DNA of 64,000 nucleotides, taken from Vitrella brassicaformis CCMP3155. Its lineage: Eukaryota; Protista; Chromerida. Below are positions 24,111-35,698 of the stretch, piece by piece. The notes under the pieces are model-generated. The model did no database searches. It was given only the letters and a program-made list of their open reading frames with translations, and was not told where the DNA came from. The stretch's first letter is position 1, and every line of letters starts with the position of its first letter. The DNA lies in the NCBI GenBank assembly GCA_001179505.1, contig CDMY01000249.1:62001-126000 (forward strand), given 5' to 3'. A program made the translations under genes and the position numbers.

Positions 24111-26769
24111 ATGACTTCCGCCAGGCCGCCTAGGGTGCTCCCTGAAACCGCAGCAAACGGGCTCACTGAATCGATGATCTCATCAGCTGTAGCATACCTG
24201 CGTCCATCTTTGTCTGACCGCCTGGCATCTCTCATCCAGTACTGCCTGTGGGGATGCCTCATCTACTACCTCTACCAATCTTTCCACGGCCGCAAAGCCA
24301 TCCCATCGTTCAGCAACCCCTACTACACCACCATCACCTCGGAAATCGGCGCCCTGCGGGCCACACTCGACAGATCTCTCCGCCACATGGACGCTATGGA
24401 CACGGGCATCCTCTTCCTCACAGGAGTGGCCGTCCTGTACTGGCTCATGCGGATCGGCGAGAGCATTGTTGACGTCGTCGTGAACGCCAAGTGGGCGAGG
24501 CTGCTGCCGTATGTGCCGGTTGTGAGGGAGATCGTCGCCAAGAAGACTCAAGAGGCCGAGGACGACATCAGGAAGTCGCTGCTCAAGTGCAGGACCACAC
24601 GCACCACCGAACTGCCCGAAGCGGTAGGTGACAACCCATTGACTTGAGCTGTTCATGCACTGTGCATTGTGGGATGTCTGTTTGCCAAACAGGGTTGGGA
24701 TGCGGATCTGATTCTGGACCGAGTGGGTCAGTGGAGTGAGCTGGAGAAGAGGGAGTGGCGTGAGGGTAAGGCCAGCGGGGCCGTCTACTCGGGGCAGGAC
24801 GACCTCATGGACCTTATTGGGGAGGTGTACAAGCGATTCAGCCTCAGCAACCCCCTGCACCCAGATATCTTCCCGTTCACAAGGCAGATGGAGGCAGGTG
24901 AGTGGCAAGACGACGACAAAGATGGCGAGAGTCCCGTGCTATCTCTTTGCCGGCGTGTGTGTTCAGAGGTTGTGTCTATGGTGGCTGACCTGTTCAACGG
25001 CGACGAACAGACTTGCGGATGTGTCACGAGGTACATATTTGAGTGACAGAAAATCTCCATACAACCGACATTCTCTGTCATGTTGTCTGTGTATGTCAAT
25101 CACCCATTCAGCGGTGGGACGGAGAGCATCATGATGGCGATGCGTGCGTATCGTGAGTGGGGCCGGGCCGAGCGCGGCATCATCACGCCACAGATCATCG
25201 TGCCCGCCACGGCCCACCCCGCGTTCGACAAGGCCGCCGCCTACTTCAAGATGCGCATCACGAAGATACCCGTCAACATGCCCTCAGGCACCATCGACCT
25301 ATCGCGGGTGGGTGATGTGAGAATAACCGCATCACACGAACACCCTCGATCCCTCCTTCATGCCATTCTCGTGCTGTTGTGTGTTCAGCTCATCGGTGCC
25401 ATCACCCCAAACACGGTGGCCATCGTCGCGTCATGCCCCTCCTGGCCACACGGCACACTCGACCCCGTCCAGCACATCGCGTCCATCGCGCGCACGAGGA
25501 GGATCCCATGCCACGTCGACGCCTGTCTGGGGAGCTTTGTGGTAGCCTGCATGGAGAGCAGCGGCTTCGACATGCCGGCCTTCGACTTCCGTGTGCCCGG
25601 GGTGACGTCTCTGTCGTGCGACACACACAAGTTTGGCTTTGCGCCGAAAGGCACCTCCGTGTTGCTCTACCGGTCCCCTGAACTGAGGGCATACCAGGTG
25701 ATGAATGCAAGGATAGATGGATGGATGGGTGCAATGCAAATATTTGTGTGTGGTGCAGTATTTCACGACGGTCGACTGGATGGGCGGCATGTACGCGTCG
25801 CACAGCGTGGCGGGCAGCAGGCCTGGCGGTCTCATCGCAGCCACATGGGCAGCCATGATGTACACGGGCAAACAAGGTACCAATCACCCTCGCCGCGCAG
25901 ACAGGACTTGCAGACCCATTTCCTCTCGTGTGTGGCCTTTGGTGTGTAGGCTATGTGGCTGCGACCAAGAAGGTTGTCAACTTCACTCGCGAGCTGGCGG
26001 CCGGCATCGACAAAATGCCCGATCTGGAGGTCCACACCACCCACACAGCGACGCACAGCCACCCATGTCAGTCTGATTTCTTGTTTGTCCTCCTGGTCAG
26101 GTTATCGGTCACGGCGACACCTGTGTGGTGGCGTTCCGATCGACCAACCCCAACCTGCCCACACTGCCTGTGAGGAGAGCACCGGATGCTGAAAGAGGTC
26201 TTCTGAGTGCGTGTCTGTGTGTGTGTGTGTGTGCGTCAGATTGGCGAGGCCATGGGCGACCGAGGGTGGAAGCTGAACCTCCTGCAGAAGCCTGACGCAG
26301 TAAGGACAGGGCGAGCGCGAGCATGCCTGTGACCGTAACTGACGCGCTTCCTGTCATGTGTGTGTAGGTTCACCTAGCTGTAACGCTGCCCGTCGCCAAT
26401 GGCGGCAGTCGTCGCTTCCTCGACGACCTGGCAGAGGCCGTCGAACAAGTGGTCAGGAAGATGAGACGAAGCAGCAGCTCAAATGATACACACACATGCA
26501 ATGCTCTCTCTCTCTCTCTCTGTTTGTGTGTGTGTGTGTGTGTGTGCAGAAGAGTGACCCGAAGGCGTACGCCAAGGGAACCGCCGCTATCTACGGATCG
26601 GCCAAGACCGTGCCAAAGTGAGGCAGAGAGAGGAAGCAAAGAGCTGAGGGTCTCGGTGTTGCCATCTATCTGCGGCTCTCTGCCTCTGCTGTGTGTTGCC
26701 GCGTATGTGCACAGGATGTTGGTGGAGTCGCTGGTCAAGAAATGGCTGGACGTTTACTACACCGCCTGA
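24111..26769 (+). CDS. SGPL1: Sphingosine-1-phosphate lyase (PLP-dependent)
   Basis: ASGAVY, SNPLHPDIFP, SGGTESIMMAMRAYR, TAHPAFDKAA, HVDACLG, SCDTHKFGFAPKGTS (PLP lysine), GSRPGGLIAATWAAM. N-terminal TM segment. Ends LDVYYTA-TGA. Confidence 0.95.
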
Positions 26770-27074
26770 GCAGCCAGCCGCCAGGATGCGCTTCCTGTAT
26801 GGCTGGGTGTGTTTCGGTGTTTATTTGTGAACTCATTTTCATCTCTCTCAGTAGTGTGTGGGTGTATGGGCAGCTGGCTAGCGCCGTTCGTTACTTTGAT
26901 GGGGCTGTTTTTATTCGTTGTGGATCGGTGTGCCATGCATGGGCACACGGATGTATGGAGGATGTATGTATGTGTGTTGTGGCGTGTGTTGTGGCGTGTT
27001 GTGTGGGTCGGCAGTCGGACACTTTGATAAATCAGGGCGATGCCGTGCGCAGATACACACGAATCGTGCAGGAG

Positions 27075-27335
27075 GGTCCCTACCTTCAAGTGCAGCCTTC
27101 TGCCTCGTGAGATTTTCCCCGCCGTTAAGTGCATGCCAGCCGCTGGCATTCAGCGGGGCTGCGGGCGGACGCACTGGCGGACTCTGACGCCATTAAGGTA
27201 TACGAGGGAGGCGAGATTTCTCGCCGAGACAATCAAACCCCGCAAACCCTACCGTTGTTTTCGGTCTATCCTCGCTTTTCAAAAGAGGAACACACACACT
27301 TCATAGCGCAGCGATGGTGTGGAGAGCCCACCCCT
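27075..27335 (-). pseudogene. Relic of the BTB gene 5' end and its upstream region (inverted paralogue of 12820-13125)
   Basis: The reverse complement reads cttaatggcgtcagagtccgccagtgcgtccgcccgcagccccgctga (MASESASASARSPA) followed by a stop. Upstream blocks tagggtttgc, ggcgagaaatc and ccacaccatcgc are shared with 12820-12945. Confidence 0.75.
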
Positions 27336-27399
27336 GGACGAAATCACAACGTTAACTTGAATCATTCTCCGTCTTCATCGAGAGCGACCAGGCAGACAG

Positions 27400-28988
27400 C
27401 GAGACCGAGGGGGGCGGCAAGAGAAGAAGAAGCGCAAGAATCGCAAGAACAAGGTCAGCTCCAAATCGCCCATCAACGGCGCGGGTCCGCACCTGCCCCT
27501 GCCCAAGACGACACCTCGCGAGGTGTCGTCCCACCAAGGCCTACCGCCGCCCGGCGAAGAGGCCAAGCCGCCAGTGGACGTGCCGACGCCCAAGACGGCT
27601 GCTGCTGTTGAGGAGCATGATTGCAACGGGCTCTGCCAAACTGGGCCACGTCACATCATGTAAGTCGCCCATCGGTGAGCCACGCACTTTGACACGGCCC
27701 GTTGCATTCATTTTGCATCTGTTTTGTTTTGTCTTGTTTGGCAGAAGCCCGAGGCACAGTCAACAGCCGTTTCCAAGGCCTTAGACACAGAGAAAGCCTA
27801 CATGAGGATATGTGTCTCATCATGCAGCCTTCCTTTGGTTACCGAGAGAGCCTCCAAGCACCACAACCACCACTCCCGGAGCACCACAACACAGGCCGCC
27901 AGAGAGGGAGGGAGGGAGGGAGGGCGGGCTGCAGTGAATGTTGTGTTGTGTTGTGTTGTCTTGTCTTGTCTTGTCTTGTCTTGTCTTGTGTGTATCATGC
28001 AGTTGAAGAGTGTGATGGACAGGAACTTCGGTGCCAAGACTGTGACCATCGTGGACTGCCGATACGGGGCCGAGTTCAATGGTGGGCTCACACACACACA
28101 CGCACACACACACTCACGCACAAAAGATGTGCCTGTGTGAGTGCTCGCTCATCGATGTGTGTCGGTCTGGTGGTGTGTATGCAGGTGGGCACATTCGGGG
28201 TGCGCTGCACGGCAAGTCGATCGACGTGGTCAAGGAGGCGCTGTGGAAGCCCAACGGACAGCCCAAGTACACCAACGAGCACGTAAGCGACCGACCGACC
28301 GATGGATGGATGGGAGAGACCAGTGTGTATGTATGTCCATCGATGCATCTGTCTGCGCGTTTGTGTGTGTGTGTGTCGGCAACAGGTGATAGTTTTCCAC
28401 TGCGAGTACTCGAAGGCTCGAGGGCCTAGCCGAACAGTTCCTTCATGCATGGTCAGACACACACGTGTTCACGATGACATGTGTGCCAGTGACACACAGA
28501 CACCCTCATGAATGTCTGTGTGTGTGTGTGTAGGGTTTCTCGTACTCGAAGGTATTCATCTTCGATGGCGGATACAACAATTTCTACCGCCAGCACGCAA
28601 AGGTACGCAGACCTGTTTGTCACACACACAGACACCTACACACACACGTGGTGGTCTGTGTGTGTGTGTGTATGTGTGTGTGTGCGCAGAGCAAGTACGT
28701 GGTCGGCAAGTACAAATCGGAGGATAGCCTGTCGCCCGCCGAGGTGAGCAAATTGGCCAACTGCATCCACTCACACCCAAGCAAAGGACTGAACCAGCAG
28801 CACTCGTTTCTCTCTCTGTGTGTGTGCGTGTGCATCAGTATGCGGCCGCTGGTGAGGAGCGCGAGCAGCGCAAGGCCAAGGCGGACATGATCAAGGCCTG
28901 GATGGATGGCGGGGGTGCTCATGGCCATGAGGGGTCGTCAGATTCTCAGCTACCAAAGAGTAACAAGTTGACGATTGCTCACCCCTAA
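27400..28988 (+). CDS. Cdc25-like rhodanese-fold phosphatase (5' end unresolved, possibly disrupted)
   Basis: TVTIVDCRYGAEFNGGHIRGA, VIVFHCEYSKARGP (HCx5R), VFIFDGGYNNFY. No in-frame ATG was found and there is a probable frameshift at about 27420. Stop TAA 28986-28988. Confidence 0.75.
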
Positions 28989-30652
28989 ACATGGCTCACC
29001 ATTCAAACCAAACGCTTCGGGCGCCATGTAAAGCCTTGTGCCCGCTCCTGCACACGCAATTGTGCACATGGACACCTAGCCTGACTCGCGGCGGCAGCGT
29101 CTTCTTCTCGTTTGTCTGTCACCGCCTTGAGCCGACACTGTTCTGTTGAGATCGATGACGAGCCCGAAATCGGTAATCTTGATGTCTTCTCCCTTGGTCA
29201 CCTGCACAATAAAGAAATGGGTGCGAATGGACGTTGCAGTCTTGCAACTTACAAGTATGTTGCCGGGCTTCAAGTCACGATGTACTATATTCTTGTCGTG
29301 AAATGACTGCACGCCCTCACAAATCTATCCGACGACAGATGAACGGGTGCTCTGATTCAGCCCTCTGTGCCCGTATTAGCTACTTACCTGTTTCGCAAAC
29401 TTGTCGCGGAGATTGGCCGGCAGAGGACCCTTCGTCCTCTCGAGAAACGACTGCAGTGAGCCACCCTCGCACAACTCTGAGACACACGAAAGCAACCACC
29501 AGGCAAGAAAAGTCAGAGGGTAACGAGCACATGGACAACCCACCCACCTGATATGATCATGGGTCCGTAAGTTTCGTGAGAGCAGATGCCCAGAAAGGTG
29601 ATGACATAGGGGTGCCTGATATGCAACATCGGCTCCACCTCCTTCAAGACGTCGTCATAGAGAACCTGTATGAAAACATGTCGTATCTATTCGTTGGTCC
29701 GTGGATCGAGCTGCCGTGCCGACGTGGATGGGTATGATTTTCCTGTCCTCCTCATTGACGACCTTGATAGCCACCGGCTGACCTTTCCACAGCCCCTTGT
29801 AAACCGTGCCAAAGCCTCCGGCTCCTTGACAGACGCACACATTCAATTGACCAGATGTGGGCATGCGATGGCCTCTGGCTCACCGAGTCTGTCTGCCTCG
29901 CTGAATCTGATGTTTTGCCGATCGATGCGCAGGCGGAGAGCCGCCGCCATGACGGACTGCTTATCGCCCTTTTTCGTCGTCTACGAACACAAAGCCAAAG
30001 CAAGTGGGTCGTGTGTGATGAGCAGGTGCCCTCTCACGTATTTCATCGGCGGTGCCGGTGCCTGTCCTGATGCATTCTGGCCAGATGGCACTGCAACGCA
30101 CACAGCATTGGATGCAATGATGTGCCAGATCAGCATGTGAAGACAGACAGACCTGTTTGCTGCTTGTATTTTTCCATGATCTCTCTGATTTTCGGCTTCC
30201 CAGCCGCCAAATCCCACGGCGTTTTTCCCTGCCAAATTCAAATGCGTCACTGAATCATTCGACCATTCACAAGTCTGTGTGCACTTGTTTCGTCGTTCTT
30301 GATGTCGAGGAGATTGACCCCGGCCTCAACGCCCCACTCCAAGCTGCATTTGGGCACAGAGGGTGAGGAGAGAGAGACTACATAATGGTTGGTTTGGGTT
30401 GTTCATTAGTGCCGCTTACAGCTGAGCCACCGAATCGCGTCCGCTGTTCTTGACAGCCTCGTGCAGCACTGTCTCTCCGACCTGTGTGTGTGATGCTCAG
30501 AGCAGGGCCGTCAAGGAAGGACTGCGAGAAGGGAATCTGCTTCTCACCTCGGTCTGGTGTGTGAGGATGTTCTGCTTGTCGTGCCCTTTGGCATACATGG
30601 CTTTCAGCACATCAACCCAATAATTCGCAGCAATAAACGGCGTCTGACCAGT

Positions 30653-30755
30653 GTAGATCTATCGGTTGACGTGCTTTACAACCGCTCACACGTCCATTCA
30701 GTCAAATCAAGCTGCACGCAAAGGTCTGTGCGTTAACGGTCGCCTCTTGGCGGTA
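30653..30755 (-). repeat. 3' pseudo-LTR of the retroelement
   Basis: gtagatctatcggttgacgtg...cgcctcttggcggta; 4 mismatches versus 35596-35698. Confidence 0.9.
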
Positions 30756-30857
30756 CACGATGCACTGTAGATAGATCGACATGCAGCAAACCGCAGCGGT
30801 ATTAGTCTCGCGAGATGCGGTGACACGACGAAACAAAGGAGCTAGAGAGCAGCACCA

Positions 30858-33800
30858 TTACGTCAGATCAGCAGCAGACAGCAACGATGGAAAATAACGG
30901 GTAATACGATGGAGCTGCCTATGTAGAAAGTGCTGGGAATAGCCAAAGAAACCCATTTCCCGCATGCACAGCTTCAAAGTGGCAGGTACCTGGTCATTGC
31001 ACTCACGCATCGTGAAGTCAAGCACACGCAGCAGATGGCCATAGACGACATTGGCTTTGCGCCCACGAGACATAGCAGAGCGAGAGTGTACTTAACGAAT
31101 GAAGGGCAAGACAGGACAGGCAGCAGTCAGTGCCAGGGCATTGGGGTTGTGCTGCGAGAGCAGCACGTTAGTGGCGCGAATGTGTACCGTGCATCCAACA
31201 TACACTCCTGACTTATCCTTCTCCAACACACATTTGTCATGATAGAAAGTGGGGGACAGCAGACGATCATGCACACGACACAATGCTCCATGCAGACGTG
31301 ACGGCACACAAGTGAGGGGTGGGGAGACAAACAGCCGATCATCCATTCAGCGACGTACGAAGCAGAAACGAAAGGCTTCCTTCTCATGCACTGACAGGCC
31401 ATGAATGAATTCTCTCTCACGACCAGCAGCAAATATGTTCGCCAGCCCTGGACTGAGCTGACTGCCCTGAGGGAAACCCTCACACTGGTACAGCAACAGA
31501 CCACTCAGGCGTGTGTAACCGTAGAGAAGATCATGCTCAACCACACGAATGACATCCTTTATGGTATATGTACGACACGACACATAGTTGCAGTTTGTAG
31601 TGAAAAAAGGCTTGTGGCGGGTGGAGACAGACCGACGATCACAGCCATACATAGACGGATACAAACAAGCAGACGCATGCAACACAGGCCAGGGTCGTCG
31701 ACGAGGTACATTGACGAACTTGTAGCGTGTTGGTCCTTTAGAAAGTAGTATAAAGAATACAGCGCACGAATCGCATCATCACATGGGCAGCTGCGGTAGA
31801 AGTTACCGATGTCATGGATGTGTACAGTGGGCGAGGACGGAATGGCATTCGACACGACAGCATGGCCATGTATGAATCGATTGTGGCGAGCCAGTGCATC
31901 GAACAGAGAAGACACACGCATAAACGAGAAATGGTCAGGCATCCAATCATTCCACATACTCAACACACGTCCTACATCGGCATATATGCGTGCAAAACGG
32001 TGGCGGAAGTATGAGTTGAGAGGCCGTCATTTCATTGCAGACCATTCGCTCACATTCGCACAAAATGACTTCATCTTTGGCCACAGCACAGTAGTACCCC
32101 ACACGTGAGTGCGCCGAGGTGCTGCTGGGCGTGGGCCATTGAGAAACGAAGGCAGATTGAGAAAGTCAGTATGAATCACGTCATCGTTTTGTAGCGGGAT
32201 AACATACGATGGATTGCCTAAGTGCAGACACCAATTAGCTTCCATGTACTTAAGCGGACACATCCATGCAAGACATCCCTTACTCTTGTCTACTGGTGTA
32301 CACACCAAACGACGCAGCAGAGACGCATGACGCATTACAACATGCATACGTACGTATTGCTGTGACTCAACTAACTTATCATAAGCCGGCTTCAAAAAAG
32401 AATCGACGCACTCTTCGATAACAGGGGTGTAGGGCTCTGGGTGTGACACACGAGGAAAGACACGCACCACCGTGCGAACAAATTGACGTTTCACAGATGA
32501 AAAAGTAGGTAGCAGTGTGCTATTTCTATTCCAATGGTCAGAAAGGCAAAGCAACGCACGCATAAATGGATCACTCAACAACACACACACATGCCCATTC
32601 ATCTTGGGCCAATCATCAAACACATGCAATGTACACGGACATGACACCTCATGCATGGGCAGAGACGCAACACGCTTAGCATTGTAGTAAAGTGACGTTA
32701 ATGAGGGATATGAAGAGAAGACAAAGGTTGCTTCGATATGACACATCGAATCTGATGGTAAGTGGCGAAACATCTCTCGTGTAGCATCAATGGCAGCAGC
32801 ACGAAACACCGGCATATCATTAAGCATGAGTGGGACGTAGACACGATGAAAAAGTCGCGGCCGCCAGACTCGCAGGTTGACACGTGTGGTGACAGCTCGG
32901 CGATACGCAGCATGGAAGCATTCTTAATGCACACTAGACAATGTCCGCAGAGCAGAGACATACAAACAACAGCGATCACGATCATTCAATGCACGAACAG
33001 CAGCAAGCAATGTATCGAATAGCCGAGGTCGACGTGCAAGGAGAGCGGCAGTAGCGAGAAGTGTAGTATGCGACACTTTGTCAGCAGTAAGTACTGTATG
33101 CAACTTATTAGGTGTAGGTGTAGTGGGGTAAAATCACGGATAAGATGACATGACAGGCACAGCGACAGACACATATTTGACATGCAGACGACGCACAGGA
33201 CGACAGCCTGGCATACTACGATACGGACGATGCAACACAGAGAGGTGGGTTCGAGACGACGAGCTGCGGTGGGAGTTGAGTGATGGTTGAAAAATATGAA
33301 TGGCTTGCAGCTCAACAGACTTCATCTGACGCACCGACAATCGCAGACCATCGAACGAACACAAAGGAATACATCCATATGCACACACATCAGTACGCGA
33401 CAGGGTAGAATAGAGATGAGTTTGGGAGCGTGGTAGGTCGCGCAGGCAGGAAATGCCTTTGCAATGTGTTCAGGCCATTGAAAAAGAATGCCCCAACCCG
33501 TGAAGCCCAGATAAGTGTGGCGTGTCCATGGAGAAACAACAAAGGATAGCCCGTGGCACATACGTGAGGAGGCGGGCATAAAGAGCTCACTGAGGCGCGC
33601 TCTGAATGCTCGTATCTTAGAGAGAAAGTGTGTAGGGGTCTTACTGACGAGCTCAGCCATAGCAGTTGTGTGTACAGCATGCAAACGATCCGACAGGGCC
33701 TTAAGCACAGATGGCGTGACGCAATGGATGGAGCAAGGAGATGCAAAGTCTCGCAGACCGTCGCAGTGGACCGTCCGAAAGTGCTCCGCATCTCCCGGCT

Positions 33801-34215
33801 GCACAACAAAAAGTATGTCACATCGACACATACGCCATGTGCTTTTACAGTATGAGCAGCGATTGTGTGTACGCAGGTAGTGCAGGAGGTGATGTATACG
33901 AGTGAGGAACCGCACAAATCGGAAAAAGTGATGTGACGATACAAGATGACCTACAGACGACTCACACACAAACACAACACGTTCCAAAGCAGCTTTCGAG
34001 ACATGTAGTGCAACACGAGATTCATACATATGTGTATCCATATGCGTACATTGACAAACGAGACAGTGAGAACAGGTGTTGGCACAGTGTCGATGGATGT
34101 GTGTACTTTCTACCTCATCGCGCGACCGTACAGAGTCAGAAGACAATACAGCACTCCTGCACGAGACAGTATCCGAAGGCACAGTACCGATAGGGAACAG
34201 AAAGGGGGGCAACAC
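30858..34215 (-). pseudogene. EN-RT polyprotein of the element, with several stops and frameshifts
   Basis: YLGFTG..EH (about 33510), LYSTL..IPL..ELQAIHIFQPSLN (about 33280), EVSCPC (32635), PVDKSKG (32290), WPKMK..RPLNSY, HDIGNFY (31800), GFPQGSQLSPGLANIF (31470), R*MDD (31347), thumb HSRS..K..V.G...R and GY motif. Ends at 30858. Confidence 0.85.
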
Positions 34216-34389
34216 AGGTATTGTTCGTGTATGCCACTACGGCGCGAGACGCAGTGGCGTCTTACTTTAGTCGCGTTTCGGTCGGAGGCGGCGTTTGGTG
34301 TAGTTGATGGCCACATACCAGAGAATCTGGCGCGGCGACAGGCCCACCGCATTGGCGCTGATGCGCTTGCCTCACGTCAGCAATAGCGT

Positions 34390-35433
34390 CTACACCATGT
34401 CAGCCATACTAGCACCCAGCGACTCGACGGCACGAACGAGACGTCTGGCGTGGCCCCAGGCTTCCCCCATGTCGTCCTCATTGTCAAATACCGTGTCGAT
34501 GTCGCACTCCTCGCTGGACATCATGATGGTGATGCCAGTGGGTTTGTCGACGTCTCCCTTGTAGATGTCGAATGTGTCCGGCAGATCGCGGATGCGGCGG
34601 GCGAGTGCAGCTCGAGAAGTGAGCGCGCTCATATTGACGAGTGCTCTGTTGGGGATGGCGGCGTCGATGTCGATCTCTATGATGCTACCGCTGTCATTGA
34701 TGTCCTCGTCGTTGGTGGGCTGAGTATCGTCGGCGGTGGGCATGTGGGTGTCGACAGCAGAAGCAGCAGCTGCTGCTGCAGACGAGGGGGCTGTGCGTTT
34801 GCGGCCTCGATGGGTGTTGGTCTGGTGATAGTCCTCGAGGAGGCGGGGGAGGGCGGCGATAGCGTCCGCCACCTTCTGTGGGTTGGTCTCATTGATGACG
34901 AAACTCACGACACCGTTGACGCCTTACAGGAGGAGGCTGATTTGCTGCTCGAGGTCTGTGCGCTGTACACTACGTAGGTTGGGGTTGCTGACGAATGGCT
35001 TAGCGGCGGCGATGTCATTGAGGATGCTCCGGTGGGGCTGCGAGTTGTGCTTGTCGCACAGCAGCTTCAACGCCGTCCCCACGACGAGGAGCGTCTTGAC
35101 GGTGACGCCGCGTATGTGGCTGTCGGGGTGGCCGAGTGTGAGGAAGGCGTCCTTCTCGCTGAGGTGTCGGATGCCGTCGGTTTGGTCGTTCTTCACCATG
35201 ATGTACTTCATGTTCCCGTTCCGGATGACCCGCACGATCCCCTCGGTAGTATAAAAACATGCCTTGAAGCGGCCTTGATTGTGGGCGGCAATGCCGTGAG
35301 GGTTGAGCGGGTCATCGACAAAGCGGACCTCCGTGTCACGATCCGTGTGGGAGCGTGTACGGGACGGAGCCGACTGGTCGCCGGCGCCGATGTCGCGAAG
35401 GACGTCCACGAAGCGGGAGGGGGCGTGGCTCAT
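34390..35433 (-). CDS. Upstream ORF1 of the element (about 347 codons, one in-frame TAA), unknown function
   Basis: ORFs 34924-35433 and 34390-34908 are in the same frame, separated by TAA plus 5 codons. GC3-rich, and lies inside the terminal repeats. Confidence 0.6.
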
Positions 35434-35595
35434 GGTTGGGGAAGCCGACAGGGTGCCGGAAGGGAACGGGAAAGGGGGACGAACCGAAGGGACACGACCA
35501 GGAAGGGGAAGGGGGAAGGGGAGGGGGAGAGGGAAGAGACGGAAGGGGGAGACGATTCAGAAGGAATGCCAGAAATGGATATCCTCCTATCAGAT

Positions 35596-35698
35596 GTAGA
35601 TCTATCGGTTGACGTGCTTCACAACCGCTCACACGTCCATTCAGTCGAATCAAGCTGCACGCAAAGGTCTGTGCGTTAACGTTCGCCTCTTAGCGGTA
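35596..35698 (-). repeat. 5' pseudo-LTR of the retroelement
   Basis: Direct repeat of 30653-30755. Confidence 0.9.

Noticed and set aside
30653-30860. Hammerhead ribozyme in the terminal repeat
   Set aside because: No CUGANGA plus GAAA core with matching helices on either strand.
30858-34215. TGA codons in the retroelement read as selenocysteine, as in some Naiads
   Set aside because: The same region also has TAA stops and frameshifts, and I found no SECIS-like motif in its 3' end. Decay is the simpler explanation.
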